Source: Tubiluchus corallicola (taxonomy: Eukaryota; Animalia; Priapulida). Taken from it: 64,000 nt of DNA. Both the position numbers and the translations under genes were made by a program. The stretch is taken from positions 417,145 through 481,144 of the forward strand of contig JAQGDQ010000157.1 of assembly GCA_030141605.1 (NCBI GenBank), written 5' to 3'. The notes below the pieces were generated by a model that was given only the letters and a program-made list of their open reading frames with translations, did no database searches and was not told the origin of the DNA. Below are positions 1-13,700 of this stretch, in pieces. Positions within the stretch are counted from its first letter, which is position 1, and each line of letters starts with the position of its first letter.

Positions 1-224
1 CCTGATACATTACAGAGTGGTATTAGTACTATACATCGTGTCGTAAAATCACTTAAAATATGCCTGAACCTAATCGTTCACTACTAGTCCAAATAAATTT
101 GGTCAACACACACTCGTTTCTGGCACCATGTACTGAGAAAGGATTCTTTTTAAGAAAAAGTTGTTTTTGCTAGTGCTGCATGTCGAAAACATGAATACCA
201 CATTTGTCATGTGGGATGTTATGA

Positions 225-686
225 CTGATTGGTCTTATGTGTATGAAATGTACATATTTCCTGGGATGGACTGTTTAAAAAACAGAAGCACTGACTGGTC
301 TTACGTGTTAGAAATGTACATATTTCCTGGGACAGACTGCTTAAAACACAGAAGCACTGACTGGTCTTATGTGTTAGAAATGTACATATTTCCTGGGACA
401 GACTTAAAACACAGAAGCACTGACTGGTCTTACGTGTTAGAAATGTACATATTTCCTGGGACAGACTGCTTAAAACACAGAAGCACTGGTTGGTCTTTTG
501 TGTTTGAAATGTACATATTTCCTGAGATGGACTGCTTAAAACACAGATGCACGGGTTGGCCTTTTGTGCTTGAAATGTACATATTTCCTGGGACGGGACT
601 TGTTAAAACACAGATGCACTGATTGATCTTATGTGTATGAAATGTACATATTTCCTGGGATGGACTGCTTAAAACACAGATGCACA
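225..686. repeat. Intronic minisatellite, 66-bp unit (one 63-bp variant), about 7 copies
   Basis: Unit TGACTGGTCTTACGTGTTAGAAATGTACATATTTCCTGGGACAGACTGCTTAAAACACAGAAGCAC repeats in tandem. It explains the 22-aa periodic ORF 161..622. Confidence 0.95.
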
Positions 687-1021
687 GCAGGTACAGTGTG
701 CTTATGACATAATGTGAAATAACTCAAGCTGGAAAATAAGACAGTGCTCTTCTGGGACTCGCCATGGTCCTAACTATGAAAGAAGTCAAAATGCCATTTA
801 AGTCTCTAAAAATTATTTATTTTTTCTTTTAGAAGCTTCTGTTCCTCACAGACCTCATTAACTGAACAGATAGATACAATACTAAAAATTACAGATAAAA
901 TTACATGTTAACAAAAAATATACAGTGTCATTAAAATACAAGATACAAAAATTGATAAAGAAGCTGTATTGATGATAGTTGAGTTCAGGTGCATTAAGTT
1001 TAATTTTCATTTCTCAATCGT

Positions 1022-1446
1022 TCACTCGTATCTCGGTTTGCGGACAAAAGTGGAGAGACGTCGGTCCAAATTCCCGATTCTCCATCTTTACTGTTACTAA
1101 ACTAATACAGTAGGTGCCGTGTATTAGACTCATGGTAATGGAGAATCAATCACCTAATTGTCTCAAAAACATCTAGTACAGGCCGCTCCTATGCAAAGTA
1201 TATAAAAACTGTCGGCAATTAACTCAAATAACTCCACATAATTGATTCTATATTTTTGTACATAGAGATATACACATTTTTACACTGATGTACATGACGT
1301 AAACAAAGTGACGGCCCGCCAACAAGAGGTCAGCTTGTGAAATAACGAAGTGTCCGTATTATGCGGGACTATTATCGGACCAAATTTTGTCCGAATTTTC
1401 TGATATCTGTAAAAGCGAGGTCCAGCAAACCGAGATATGAATGTAC
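1022..1446 (+). mobile_element. Tc1/mariner-like MITE family A, copy 1
   Basis: Terminal inverted repeats CACTCGTATCTCGGTTTGC ... GCAAACCGAGATATGAATG. Homologous to 3531-3821 and 39817-40240. Confidence 0.75.
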
Positions 1447-1708
1447 CTTTATTTTATATGTAATTTCACCTTATATTTATTAATGTATCTCTCTGCAGAG
1501 CTGACGAAGTCTGTGAGGGAAAGAGGCTTCTGGCAGAAAAAAAACAAGAATTTCTTTGAATAACTCAGTTTAGTACTAATTTTATTTTTGTTTATTTCGT
1601 GAACAAACAAATACAGTTTAACCGTTATCAAGTTCCTACAGAAAAACTGCCTGTATGAAAACTACATGCCTGTATTTAGCTAAACATCAAGTCAGCAAGT
1701 AGACTCAC

Positions 1709-4700
1709 CTATAAGTGTAACTGGTTGACCATACTGTAAAGCTGCAATAGCTGTCCACTTTCCTGTCCCTTTTTGACCGGCAGAGTCGCGAATCTTATCG
1801 AGCAAGTGAGAGCCATCAGCGTCACGGAATTTCAATATGTCCCGCGTAATTTCGATCAAGAACGAATCCAGTTCTCCCTTGTTCCAATTATCAAACACCT
1901 GTCAATTTTTCAATGTTTGTTTACAAAGCTCAAAGGATTGACAGGAAAATGACAACATAACAGAAAAACTTTATGGCTCCAAAAAGAAATGCTATTCTAA
2001 ATGAAAGACAGAAAAAATAAACTCACTACGTAGTTGCTTTTTAACTGGGCCGCATTGATTTTTATAAATTTGATGATAATTTCTTGAGATGTGTTACTAA
2101 AACGGCATCTTGTAAATAAACAAACAGTTGTTTGTTATTAAACGTTAATGTTGTATGTTAGTTTTATTCAACATACGCACACGTGTACACATGCACACAC
2201 TCACGCATGCACGCATGCCAATGCACACAAGTGAGTACTTCTGTTTAAAAACCAATTTTCACACGAGTCATAAAATGTAATCATTTTATAAGAAATGCAG
2301 AAAAAGTCACCAAACATACATTTCAGCACCCACCAGCAAGTGATTTTGAATGTACCGTACAGTAAAGTACTGTGGAATACATGTGCCTTCTATAGTGTAA
2401 GGGTTAAAGGACAAGAAAAGGAGTACCTGAAGTAGGTTTCAGAAAAATCGCCTTAAAAATTATATTGCTTTATAGCAATTTTATGCATATATCAAACTCG
2501 TGTTAAAAGGAATTTTTGATTGTTTTTCTTTTAAATCTTCAACAATACTGTTCCGAAGTCGCCATTATGACATCACCTACACACAAGGTAAATTAGGGGA
2601 AGAAAACGCAATGTTAAATTAATGTCATAAAAAAACTTTCCCTGCAAATCTATATTACTTAGCATTTCGCTTACCCGTTTCTAAAGACATGTAACTAGAA
2701 ATAATAATTTAAATTGTTCGTGCCAATTGGTGCACCACTCAATTTAAAATTTAAAATTTTACTTAGTTAGTGATGTGTGTGCTAAGAATGCTTTGATTAT
2801 TTTTTCAAACTTTACTCAGTGTTATCTAAACTTGTTTCAAATGACTTATCGTCAAAATGGCTGCGTCTAATGGTCATTGCGGAAGTTTAAATTCATAGGT
2901 TTTACACAGTGTTACTGCCGACGCAATCCCTGCATGCAAAAAGACAGCATGTAAGTGGTATAAATTTCAGGACGAATTTTTTAAGCTTTATGTAATTGGA
3001 GGGTTTTCTTGTGTTTCAAGCAATTTTTAGACATCCTGGCTTCCTTTTTTAAAGTTAGCAAGGCAATGTATGGCTCCTAAAGCTTGAAAGACCTTAGGCT
3101 GGAGCCTATACTAGCTTATAGGATAAACCAGCCCTGTGTGCAATTAAAAGCTGCTTCAAAATCACAAATTCTTGACTTCTAGGGTCAAATTTATCCAAAC
3201 ATACATGTATGCATCAATATTTTTCTACTAGATCAGTGCACGTACTGACTAGCTACCTGACTCATTTCATCATTGCTAAGTCCAAGTGCTGATTTCATAA
3301 AGTGGTATGCCTCACATATGAGCTGCATGTCACCGTACTCGATGCCGTTGTGCACCATTTTGACGAAATGTCCAGCACCATCCTCACCAACCTTAAAATA
3401 AAAAATAATCTAAAAAACTGTATCTTACTGCAAGTTACCCAAGAAGAAGTAAAGAGCACAGTGTTTAAATAGATTTGATGATGACGATCACCCACCTGTT
3501 TGCAATGACACGCTATGTTATTTTTGTAATTACACTCATATCTCGGTTTGCCAGACAAAAGCGCGGAGACTTCGATCCGAATTTGCCGATTGTCAGTATT
3601 TACCGATACAAAGCTAATACAGTAGGTGCCATGTATTAGACACATGGCAATGTAGAATCGAATTGTCTCAAAAATGTCTAGTATGGGCCTGCAAAAGTAT
3701 ATATAAGCTGTCGGCAATTGACACTGAGTCCCTAGTGTGCAAGATTTATAAAGGTCCAGATTTTGTCCGATTTTTCACATACCTGTAAAAGCGAGGTTCG
3801 GCAAACCGAGATACGAGTGTACTGTATATCTTTAGGGTTTAATTATGGTATGTTAATAACTCTTGCAGCAAAGTTAGTAACACTTGCAACTAAAATATTA
3901 GAAATGATTCGATATCATACCCAATCACAGCAAGGATCACTGCCAACCTTTGCAGCAATCGCTTGAAAAATTGGTTTAATGTGAGGCCTGGAAAGGAAAA
4001 ACAGTTAACCAGAAGAACAATTAACATGTAAACTATTATTGCAGCATTAATGAGACATTTTTTAACGAATAATTTGTTAGTGAAACAAGTTTTTAGTGAA
4101 ACAAGGTTTCAATGGCACAGTAACTTGGCTTGATAAAAGACTGTACCATCGGTGGGCATAAATTTCTTTTATCGTGTAAACCGATGAATCTGAACTTACA
4201 TGTGTAGCACCCACAAGTGCAACCTATGTCTTTCATCGTGTCACTTTTGTCATTGTAAAGCAACTTTTTCTTTCTTCTTTTTAAGAAATACCCACCTGAA
4301 CATTTTTTCTTTGAACTTTCACGAACCAGTGAAAAGACTTTTCAATCAGCAGTTAAAACACTTAGAAACAGTGGCGGCTCATGTATAGGTACTGTGGAAC
4401 TGCAGCACCCCCAATTTTCACTCAATATTATCGATAATATTCAAAATAATGTCTTTTTTCTTTAGTTATTTCTTTATCCTTGTACAGAACCAGATCTCAT
4501 GTGGGTAGTACTGTTTGCTTCACAGCCCAGCACAGTGGTGTGTTTGGCTGTTGTGTGCATGCGGACATGCACACATCTGAGATAACACATTGTACACTGC
4601 ACTGCCTGCGTCTGCTGCTAGATAAAGAAAGTGCTGTCGCTCACACAGTTTGTTGTCAGTTGTCACGTGCTTGAAAACCGTGTACCTGCATATTCTTGAA

Positions 4701-7700
4701 CTGCGGCAATTTAGGTCATTAGTAAGCAAAAAATTTTTTGTTTAACAATTTATAAAGTTCATGTATAAATTTTTGTATATTTGTTTGATTAAAATTAAAA
4801 TTACAAATTACACATTAAAATTACATATGTTTGTTTTATTTTACACAGCATTAAAACAATGGCTAAAAATTTTCTGAAGCAGCACCTCCAATAATTTAAA
4901 CTGCGAGCCGCCACTGCTTAGAAATATGTGACAAAAAGTTTTTTGTGTGGATACGTCATTAAAATTATAAATATCTTAAAGTAGAAAGTAATGGAAGAGA
5001 TAATGTTGAGCGACCGAGTAACTCGTGACGCTGCGTTGGCATACAACAAAAAATTGCAATGCATATGTAAGGTATTAATCTGCCTGTATTGTGAAAAATT
5101 GCTTACTTTCACTAATAGAGAAAACAAATCTGTAGCAATTAATTAACACCAACACATTATTTAAACACATTTTGATATTACAGTCACCTGGTTTGGTAGT
5201 CATAACAATCAAGTTAGCATACCAAGCCTCCGGCGCTCCGCCAGGCATCAAAGATGGTCCATATCTCGCTCCGTCCTCTCCTCCACTCACTCCGGTGCCG
5301 ACGTACAAAATGCCTTTGGAATCCAAGTCCTTGTAGCGTCGCTGAGTGTCAGTGTACTCGGAATTTCCCCCATCTATTATTATGTCACCCCTCTCTAAAA
5401 GAGGCACCTAGAGACAATAATGCAAACTACTGACGATATTTCATAGCGAAAGCAATCTTCCTGTGCTAACTACTTCTGCATCTGTAGCTGATATATAAGA
5501 GAAGGTAATTTGATTTATACAAATAGTAGAAAGCCATATAGTAAGTATTTATGATATAATTGCGACAAATGTTTCACATATTATTAATATTTTCTTCTGG
5601 CACTTATTATTATAATTTTGTTCAATTAAACATTCATTTATCCATCTAACTTTAGTACAATACTACAACTACGAATATGCTACGTACCTCAGTTACAGAG
5701 AAATTACTAATTCAGCAGTTTAAACTGAAGTTAAAATTAATTTTCTTTGCATATTTTTGAATTTCACTAGAGCTGTTTGTGATTATTTACTTTATACAGT
5801 CAACCTCGGGTATAAGGTACTTGCTCATAAGGGACCATCAACACTGGTGCCGATGTTGCATATCGATTTTCCTATGTAAAAATCTTCGTATACAAGGTCT
5901 CAGATATAAAGGACTTTTGGTTATAAGGGACAATATCTTCAGGTCCTGCCTAATAGAAACCCAGGTAAATTACCTCGTATTTAAGGGACCCATTGATCAA
6001 ATATTTTTTTACATCCTAAAAAGCTTATGCCAAGGCCCCGCGCGGGCCCAACTGTATTCCCCTGGACCTGGTAGTTCCAGGAACTTTCTGGAATCATGCA
6101 CTGCGCACGCGTGATGCACCGCTGCCAATCATAATGTCCTGCTTTTTCCATTCGATGCACCTCAGCCAATCATAATGTCCAGTATAAATTATGCGGCAAG
6201 TGGTGATAAGCTAGATGCTTTTCCCATTCGACAGCGGGCGTCTAGGTTAACCCAGAAAAAGATGTTGGACTTTTTTGGAAACAAATGAATAGCAAGCAAA
6301 CTCGGAGTAAAATTGCTGATTACATCGGAGTAAAAATGTCCTAAAGACTCTGCTTAAGCATTTGCAAAAACGTTATTAGCATAACTATCAGTAGTAAAAT
6401 GGCTTGTAAGTGGGATGAGTTTGAATAAACATCGATTTTTGTGTTCAGTTAAAAACGATTGGATGTGTTTGCATTAAATTGGTATATTACATACATTGCG
6501 ACAAACAGTTCATTAGGCATTAGGCTACCAGATGAGGTATATAGAGCTCGCAGGTCTAGATACACTTTTGGTCTGACACAACTTCGGTTATAAGGGACAA
6601 CGGATATATGGAACGTTTTTCCAGTCTCGAGGTGTCCCTTACATCTGAGGTTGACTGTATTTACTTTATACTTTATCCAATTTATACTAAAGAGATAGCT
6701 GACTAGATGACCTCATGGTTAGCTCGTTATCCTCTAACAGTGCATTAAATTAGACTATATTTATCTTTATATATCTTTGTACTCTTGTTTTTAGACTGGA
6801 TGCGATTACTGTATATTTTGTAGTATGATGGAGAAAAATAAATTATAATTCAATTCAATTTGCATAGAACATATTTCTTGCACACTAAGAACTCCTACCA
6901 ACACTATAGATAACTGCTCATTGCACTTTCGCAGTAAATGTGAACAAATTTGTTACATTTCACAAATTCAAAATAGTGAGTCGGACTTAGAACTTTACTT
7001 TAAAGTACTGGTCTGGCTTCACAAGAGTCCACAAACTGCATATGTGCATTTTCAAAGCACTGCCAAAATCGCAACCTGGATAATGAAGTGTTTCCATAGG
7101 TACTCTTATTGACTGTTTCTCTTAAAGGAAGACAGGTTGATTTTTCATATACTACCCAATTTTCAAGTCTGATAAAAAGTATACATTTTAAAACAATTAA
7201 TACTGCAAAATAGTTTCTGATAATTAAATAATAGATTAAAAATTTAATTAATGGTGGATGAACCCAACTATTGATGACATCACAAACGAACATAATTTTC
7301 AACAGCAAAAATATTCCACGAGCGTGTTGCACGTGTTTACGAAAGCAAAAATTGAAGTAGAGTGTAACTGTGAGATATTCAGTGTGTTGTACTAAAACTC
7401 GGCAAGTTTTAAGATAAAAATTCAAATTTCAAATTTACTGCTGTGCTCACGCATGAGCTGTCGAACATGTGTAGTTCGTCATAAACTAACAGATCTGAAC
7501 TGAGAGATACAGCAACTGTTTTCTGTGCAACACGTTTTCGAAATGCAGGTGCTAGTGCCCGTCTAACTAGCGAAGGGTGAAATGCATGTAACAGCGAAGA
7601 ATCAATGGTGCGAATGCGAAGTGACACTTGTCTGATAATAATTCTTTCAAGTCATTTTTGACAAAATAGTATGTTTCTTTCAATATTTTAAAGAGTAGAT

Positions 7701-8266
7701 TGTTTTGACCTACAGTTTGACTGGTTTTGCTTTAATGTGCGACAAAATCTCAAACTTTTTTGTTTTTATTCGCTATATTACTAGTAAGTGTTTTTAAATA
7801 TTTTTTTGCAAAGTGATAAAAATCCTATTGTACCAGTTGGTTAATAAAAGAGTCAACAGCGGAGCCGGCTTTAACCATAAGCATGACTTTTCTGGGTTTC
7901 TTTAGTTTGGACACCAGTTCTTGTAGTGACCTCGCACCAACAACCTTCGTTCCCTTTGCTTCATTGTTTAGGAAACGATCGACTTTTTCCACGGTACGGT
8001 TATAAGCACACACCTACATAGAACATCAAACGAGATCAAATTAAAGAGTTCGATAGGCAAGATAATGTTTGATGACCAAGGCAAACGGGTACGTTTGGGG
8101 TGTCATTAATCAGTAAAAATTTCAAAGAATTAAGTTGCGAATGGAAAACTACAAATTGAAGACAGGATTGTAATACAGTAGCCTTACCACGAATCCATGG
8201 TCATTCATGTTCAAAATCAAATTTTGGCCCATGACTGCCAAACCTATCAGCCCAATATCTGCAACC
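1709..8266 (-). CDS. PGD: 6-phosphogluconate dehydrogenase, decarboxylating (partial: exon 1 not located, 3' exons beyond the left edge)
   Basis: Six GT-AG exons join in frame: 8188-8266 ([25 protein letters not shown]), 7834-8013 (VCAYNRT...KAGSAVD), 5223-5407 (IIDGGNS...[19 protein letters not shown]), 3921-3987 ([14 protein letters not shown]...CCDW), 3257-3391 ([19 protein letters not shown]), 1709-1898 ([10 protein letters not shown]...[14 protein letters not shown]). The next acceptor may be at positions 2-3. Confidence 0.97.
2408..3050 (+). mobile_element. TTAA-flanked non-autonomous DNA element (Kolobok-like) family D, copy 1
   Basis: Begins TTAA|AGGACAAG. The reverse-complement homolog is at about 13040-13700. 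Right end approximate. Confidence 0.6.
3531..3821 (+). mobile_element. Tc1/mariner-like MITE family A, copy 2 (internally deleted)
   Basis: TIRs TACACTCATATCTCGGTTTGCC ... GGCAAACCGAGATACGAGTGTA. Confidence 0.75.
4369..4916 (+). mobile_element. hAT-like MITE family B, copy 1
   Basis: TIRs CAGTGGCGGCTC ... GAGCCGCCACTG, with a perfect 8-bp target-site duplication CTTAGAAA (4361-4368 and 4917-4924). Confidence 0.92.
5797..6657. mobile_element. Tc1/mariner (pogo/Tigger-like) non-autonomous element
   Basis: TA|CAGTCAACCTC...GAGGTTGACTG|TA, with subterminal TATAAGGGAC-like repeats. Confidence 0.85.
7126..7731 (-). mobile_element. TTAA-flanked (Kolobok-like) MITE family C, copy 1
   Basis: TTAA|AGGAAGACAGG ... 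CTGGTTTTGCT|TTAA. Homologous to 40392-40894, 43640-44249, 54310-54920 and 56440-57626. Confidence 0.8.
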
Positions 8267-8352
8267 CTAGAAAAGATGTGAAATCCTACAATCACAAAAG
8301 TCATACAGTTGATATATTAACATAAAAGTTTAGCAAGAGAAAAAGTGAGAAA

Positions 8353-8587
<235 letters not shown>

Positions 8588-8706
8588 ATGAGGAAACTGT
8601 AAACAAAAAAAGACATAAAAATGGCTGTCAAATATTGGCTAGTTCACAAACTTGCTGTGCTGGAACGGTTGAGAATATCAACAGATCGTCATGTCATCAT
8701 TGCTGA

Positions 8707-9130
8707 CTCATTAATAGAAAGAGTTTGAATACTAGTTGCAACAGATTAAAACACCAGTGATCACCCCATCCCTAACCATTCACTCATTAATACGAGATTG
8801 AATACATGTTGTGACAGATTAAAACATCAGTGATCACCCTATCACTACCCATTCACTCATTAATACGAGATTGAATACATGTTGTGACAGATTAAAACAT
8901 CAGTGATCACCCTATCACTACCCATTCACTCATTAATATGAGTTTGAATACATGTTGTGACAGATTAAAACATCAGTGATCACCCCGTCACTACCCATTC
9001 ACTCATTAATAAGAATTTGAACGCTTGTTGTGACAGATTAAAGCAGTGATCACCATGTCACTGCTTATTCATGCACTAACAGAAAGTTCGAATACTAGTT
9101 GCGCCAGATTAAAACATCAGCTGTTTTGAT
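8707..9130. repeat. Minisatellite, 73-bp unit, about 6 copies
   Basis: CACTCATTAATA recurs at 8781, 8854, 8927 and 9000, with degenerate outer copies. Confidence 0.92.
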
Positions 9131-9340
9131 CACCTCATCATGACTGACATTATCACTAATAGTGATTACAAATGTAATAATGACTCACTAATTAATATTA
9201 TTATTACTATCATTTTATTCGTATAATATCACCTTACAGTAATACATACATAATTTACATAGTAGTTAACAAATAACAAGAATGGTTAATTGATTAGTGA
9301 TAACAATATTTACACGTGCATACATGATTTACAATTTCTG

Positions 9341-10089
9341 TTAGTTCATAATGAGATAGTGGAAATAGCATAATTTGTCTAAACAATCCAAAATTTCTAA
9401 AATCATATGCGCATTTGCCATGTCTTGTTCACTTAATCGATTTCCATTAAGCTTATTATAAACTATTGATTTAGCCTCCACACAGTTATTAATTAAGTCA
9501 TCTTCCTTAATATTATATTCATAATTTAGAAAATGCAAGCACATACAATACATGATACCAAATGGTTGTTAATACTATGAAGTTTAACATAAAGTTTCAT
9601 AAACCTGCTAATGATCTGCATTTTTGGTCTGGTTAAGGTACTAATTGCTAAAGATTTTGAATGAATAGATGGATAATGAGTAGAAAGATTTTGAATGCTA
9701 GTTGTGATGGTAAGAATAGCTTATGAAGTCCATTTCCCAAGAGAGTGATATTCTAGCTTTGAACAACTGCTACATAATGGAAGATTTAGAAAACATACAA
9801 CATGCTGAATTTGGTTCCAATACATGTGATAATGAGAATGTTTATGTTTAATTACCGATAACATGCATGTGTTTTCATATTAAAAATTAAAAAATATGCA
9901 TGTTTCCATTAAAATAAAAAAATAGCAGCATATTGTCAATTTATTGCCATAATTATCTGTTAAATAGAAATAACTATAATAAATAAAAAATAAGTCAGCC
10001 TTAGAATTACTAAACATATTAATACAAGTCAAAACACTATATACATATACAGTACTCACGCCATTGTTTATGCAAGAATATTCCTCCAA
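9341..10089 (-). mobile_element. Degraded non-LTR retrotransposon (LINE) ORF2 C-terminal remnant
   Basis: Broken minus-strand frames (e.g. RFMKLYVKLHSINNHLV; HMILEILDCLD) resemble post-RT regions of LINE ORF2. Many stops and frameshifts. Confidence 0.4.
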
Positions 10090-10530
10090 GAAATTTTCTA
10101 AATCATACAGTCAACACACCGCTGCAGCTACAAGTATGTTTACCCTGGACAACGGGCAGTAGGCAGCAGCAGTACTGGCTGAAAAGAACAGAAAAATGCT
10201 GAGTCATCAGAGCCTTTCACAGCCCCGTGGTGGTTTACACCTACAGTTGCTGTCAGTGAAAACTGGGCCACGCAGGAGATTATCAATGTCCAGTGCTTGT
10301 ATAGATAAGCTACTGAATAACGAGTTTGCTAGCTGCAAACTATGTAGTATACTGACCATGTGTAAAAATTCACCATTTTTGAAAATGCTTAGGAGGAAAG
10401 CATGATAAAGTGCTATAAAAAAAATCATTGAAACTTAAAACAATTTTAGAACAATTTATACTAGTAAATGAAACAAACATGTAAAATTACTACTTATCAT
10501 ATAAATTTAGATACAAACGAAATTGTAAAC

Positions 10531-10666
10531 GAGAAACTAAATCAGAAACATCTAAATCAAATTTTTAGGACGTAAAACTGATTGTTACAATTTGCAAAAT
10601 GAGAAACTAAATCAGAAAAATCAAAATCAAATTTTTAGGGCATAAAACTGATTGTTACAATTTGCA
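10531..10666. repeat. Tandem duplication, 70-bp unit x2
   Basis: GAGAAACTAAATCAGAAA...GATTGTTACAATTTGCA at 10531 and 10601. Confidence 0.9.
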
Positions 10667-11499
10667 CAAAATAATGTAGAAAAGGCACAAATTTAGAATG
10701 ATCTAAATGTTACCGTGTGATACAGAGGTGAATAGCGTCACACTAGACTGTGTACGTGTGGCCAAGACATTCAGACTGAACTACATGTATTGCAAAACTG
10801 TCCAATAGCTCACCATATCGGAGACAGTTATACTTACATTAACTTTTATGATGTAAATTCATTTTTTAAAACTAACACTCGAATCTCTTAAAATTTGTGT
10901 CAGAATGCCAACTGAATATGATTAAGATTAATGTTACAATCACTTTACCGTTTTAATTAAGGAGGTTGAATGATGTGTAGTACTGTGTAATGGACAAAAA
11001 GACAATTAAAGGATTTACCCTATTTGGTGTAAATGAAAATAATTTTTATTAATAAACTACATACATGCATATATACAATTTTGTAGACCAACTGCAATAC
11101 AAATTGAGTTCACTTTAATACTTTAACATTGCTGGAAAGTATACAGCTTTATCAAATGAAGAAATTTTCAGCTATCCATCTTGAAGTACACAAAGCGCCA
11201 GATGGCTTGAGTAAAATAAATATTAGCAAAAGAAAAAATTAATATTCAACTGGACATAATTAACTGGCAAGTCGAAACTGTTACCAGTAAGGAAAATAAA
11301 ATAGTGAACGGTGCAACACTCCTTCAATTATACAGATATAAAACATGTTTATGCCACTTAACACCTCGTTAGTTAGATATGTACTGGAGTATGGAAATGT
11401 AATATATATGACACCTTTTTATAATAAAAATATCAACCAGCTGGAAAACGATTAACTTAGAGCAATTACAATACACCTGATGCAGATACACCTGTACAG

Positions 11500-11790
11500 T
11501 ATAGCAAGCCTGGAACATAAAGACTGGTTGCTGGTATTAAAATTACCCAACCAACTCTGTGGAAGGTTCACGGGCGATATGACTGAAGACTATAATACGA
11601 TGCATACAATACTCCAATAAGCCTAGAAAGAACTGAAGAAAACAGAACTAGAAGGAAATTGATACAAGTCAAAGTAAGAAGCATTTCTTCGATGTGACAG
11701 AACCACGGATATGTAATATGCTACCGGAACACGTGGTGGTGCACGCTTTATTAAATACCTTCAAGAGTAGCAGTAGTAGTAGTATGTATG
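11500..11790 (+). mobile_element. CR1/L2-like LINE 3' remnant with (AGT)n tail
   Basis: Frame reading ICNMLPEHVVVHALLNTFKS resembles the CR1 ORF2 end (WNxLPxxVVxAxSLNxFK) and is followed by AGTAGCAGTAGTAGTAGT. Confidence 0.45.
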
Positions 11791-12540
11791 TATGCATTAT
11801 CGAAACTTTACAAAAAAAACGACATTAGCCATTCGCTATTTTCGATAAGTCCTTTGGAAAAACACGTAGAGTCTATAATTACATTCACAGCACAACTCCA
11901 AAGACTACTTTAGTAGGCAGTTACAATGAAACAGACTTTAGTTTTTCAATAGAACCGAAAAATAGTGCACATTCAGAAAAACACAGTTTATATAAATGTT
12001 GAGCAATGACAAGAACGTCAACAGTTATATTCATTTCCTGTGCTCCATTATGCCAATTGATAATGCCATGGCTATGGTATGGATGAGGACAAGCACTGGT
12101 AAATGGGAAAAGAAAATCAATCTTTTCATTGGCAATAGTATAGAATATAATAATATTATGAAAATTTCTTCAATACGAAACTACCACTATACTAACCACC
12201 TGAGAAGCCTCACGCTTTACAGTTTATAGTAAACCCAAATATCCATGTCAATCATGTGGTATACCAGGCGTGACTAATGAACTCATCAAGCAGCAAACAG
12301 TTTCTTTAATTCTTCAATTCACTGCGGTTTATAGGTGAGTTGACCATGTATTACGGAATGGACCAAACCGTTACATCAGGCACTCTTGAATTAGTACACA
12401 AAAAATGAACGGTTATGGGATTCGAAATGATAAGCTAACTTTGCTTGGAAAACCTAGACAATTTAGCAGAAAACTTTTTTATTACTAATAATTATTATAA
12501 GAGAATCACTAAAAATCACTTTGTATGAGAAAACCTAAAA

Positions 12541-12593
12541 AAGTTTCCGCATCGTGGTTATTTCGCGCGAATGGCGAAAACTACATGGTAAGT
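12541..12593 (+). promoter_or_regulatory. Putative ATM promoter/first exon: E2F-type palindrome and consensus splice donor
   Basis: TTTCGCGC matches E2F consensus TTTSSCGC and lies in palindrome TTCGCGCGAA (12562-12571). It is followed by ATGGCG and donor TG|GTAAGT at 12587/12588. A matching acceptor TTTCAG ends at 14376, 4 nt before the ATM ATG. Confidence 0.45.
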
Positions 12594-13039
12594 TAGAGCA
12601 GAAAGTCTGAAAAGTGTGTCAAAGTTCGAGGAATTTTGAAAGTTCCCAAAAGGTTGAAAATAATGTTCATGCGGGTAGTAAACTACCCCTAGACTCGGAT
12701 ACCTTTTTTGTTATACCTGTCGGTGGCTAAGGTACAGCGGCAATGAAAACATTAATATAATCTTTATTCGCAGATATTACCGTAGAGCGACAGGTCGAAG
12801 CCTATAACTATAGCCGTTTTGCTCATAGTTATTTCTGTCGTTAAACCTCTGTTAATCATTTTATCTTACGTTTTCTCTCGCGTTTTATGTTTTCTTCAAG
12901 TGTCAAATAAAAACAACCACTTCAATTAACTGGCTGTAACTGCACTGTTACCTCGACAGTAAGCAGTCATTTATTAAATCCTGAGGACCTGAACACACGA
13001 GCTAAGAGTCACGAAAGTTAGTGTTTTGCAACGCACGGC

Positions 13040-13700
13040 AAAGGAGTTTTTACCTTCATCTGCCGGACTTAACGCACAAGAAAACCCTCAACTTACATAA
13101 GGCTTAAAAAATTTTTCTTGAAATTTGTCAGTTTATACCACTTATATACTGCCTTTTTGCATGTTAGACTTACATTGGCAGTAACGCTGTATAGAACCTG
13201 TAAATTTAAACTCCTGCGATGACCGTTAGACTCGGCCATTTTGACGAAAAGTCGTATGAAACAGTTTAGATAATAAGTTTGAAAAAATAATCAGAGCATT
13301 CGTAGCGCACACGTCACTAACTGAGTAAAATTTTAAATTACTGTATCTTGTCAATAAGATTAAAAATACGTGGTGAAAGCATTTTAAATAATTAATAATT
13401 TCCTTTTCTAGTTACATAACTCTTTCAAGCAGGTAAGCGACATGCTAAGTAATATAATTTTGCATGGAAAGTTTTTTTGGGACATAGTTTAACATTTACT
13501 TTTCTTCCCCTGACTTGCATTGTGCGTATATGACGACATGTAATGGCGCCGTCGGAACAGTTTTCCGGGAGATTTAAAAGGAAACAAACAAAAATTCCTT
13601 CTAAGATATGTACGATATACGCATAAAATTCCTATAAAGTAATATAATTTTTTAAGACGATTTTTCTGAAACCTACATCAGGTACCCATTTTCTTGTCTT
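13040..13700 (-). mobile_element. TTAA-flanked element family D, copy 2
   Basis: Reverse complement of 2408-3050 (e.g. GTCAAAATGGC.G.GTCTAA.GGTCAT and the AGTACCTGA.GTAGGTTTCAGAAAAATCG end). Left end approximate. Confidence 0.65.

Noticed and set aside
161-622. 153-aa ORF with a 22-aa repeat
   Set aside because: It is the translation of a 66-bp intronic minisatellite, antisense to PGD. The unit length is a multiple of 3, so an open frame is expected.
831-1545. Possible next PGD exon at 1449-1531
   Set aside because: It does not encode the expected GEAVFARCLSS. It is one arm of a degenerate ~60-bp inverted repeat (831-893 vs 1476-1531).
13201-13245. AAAATGGCCGAG on the minus strand as the PGD start codon
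   Set aside because: It lies inside family D repeat sequence, which also occurs near 2851, and has no suitable phase-2 donor.
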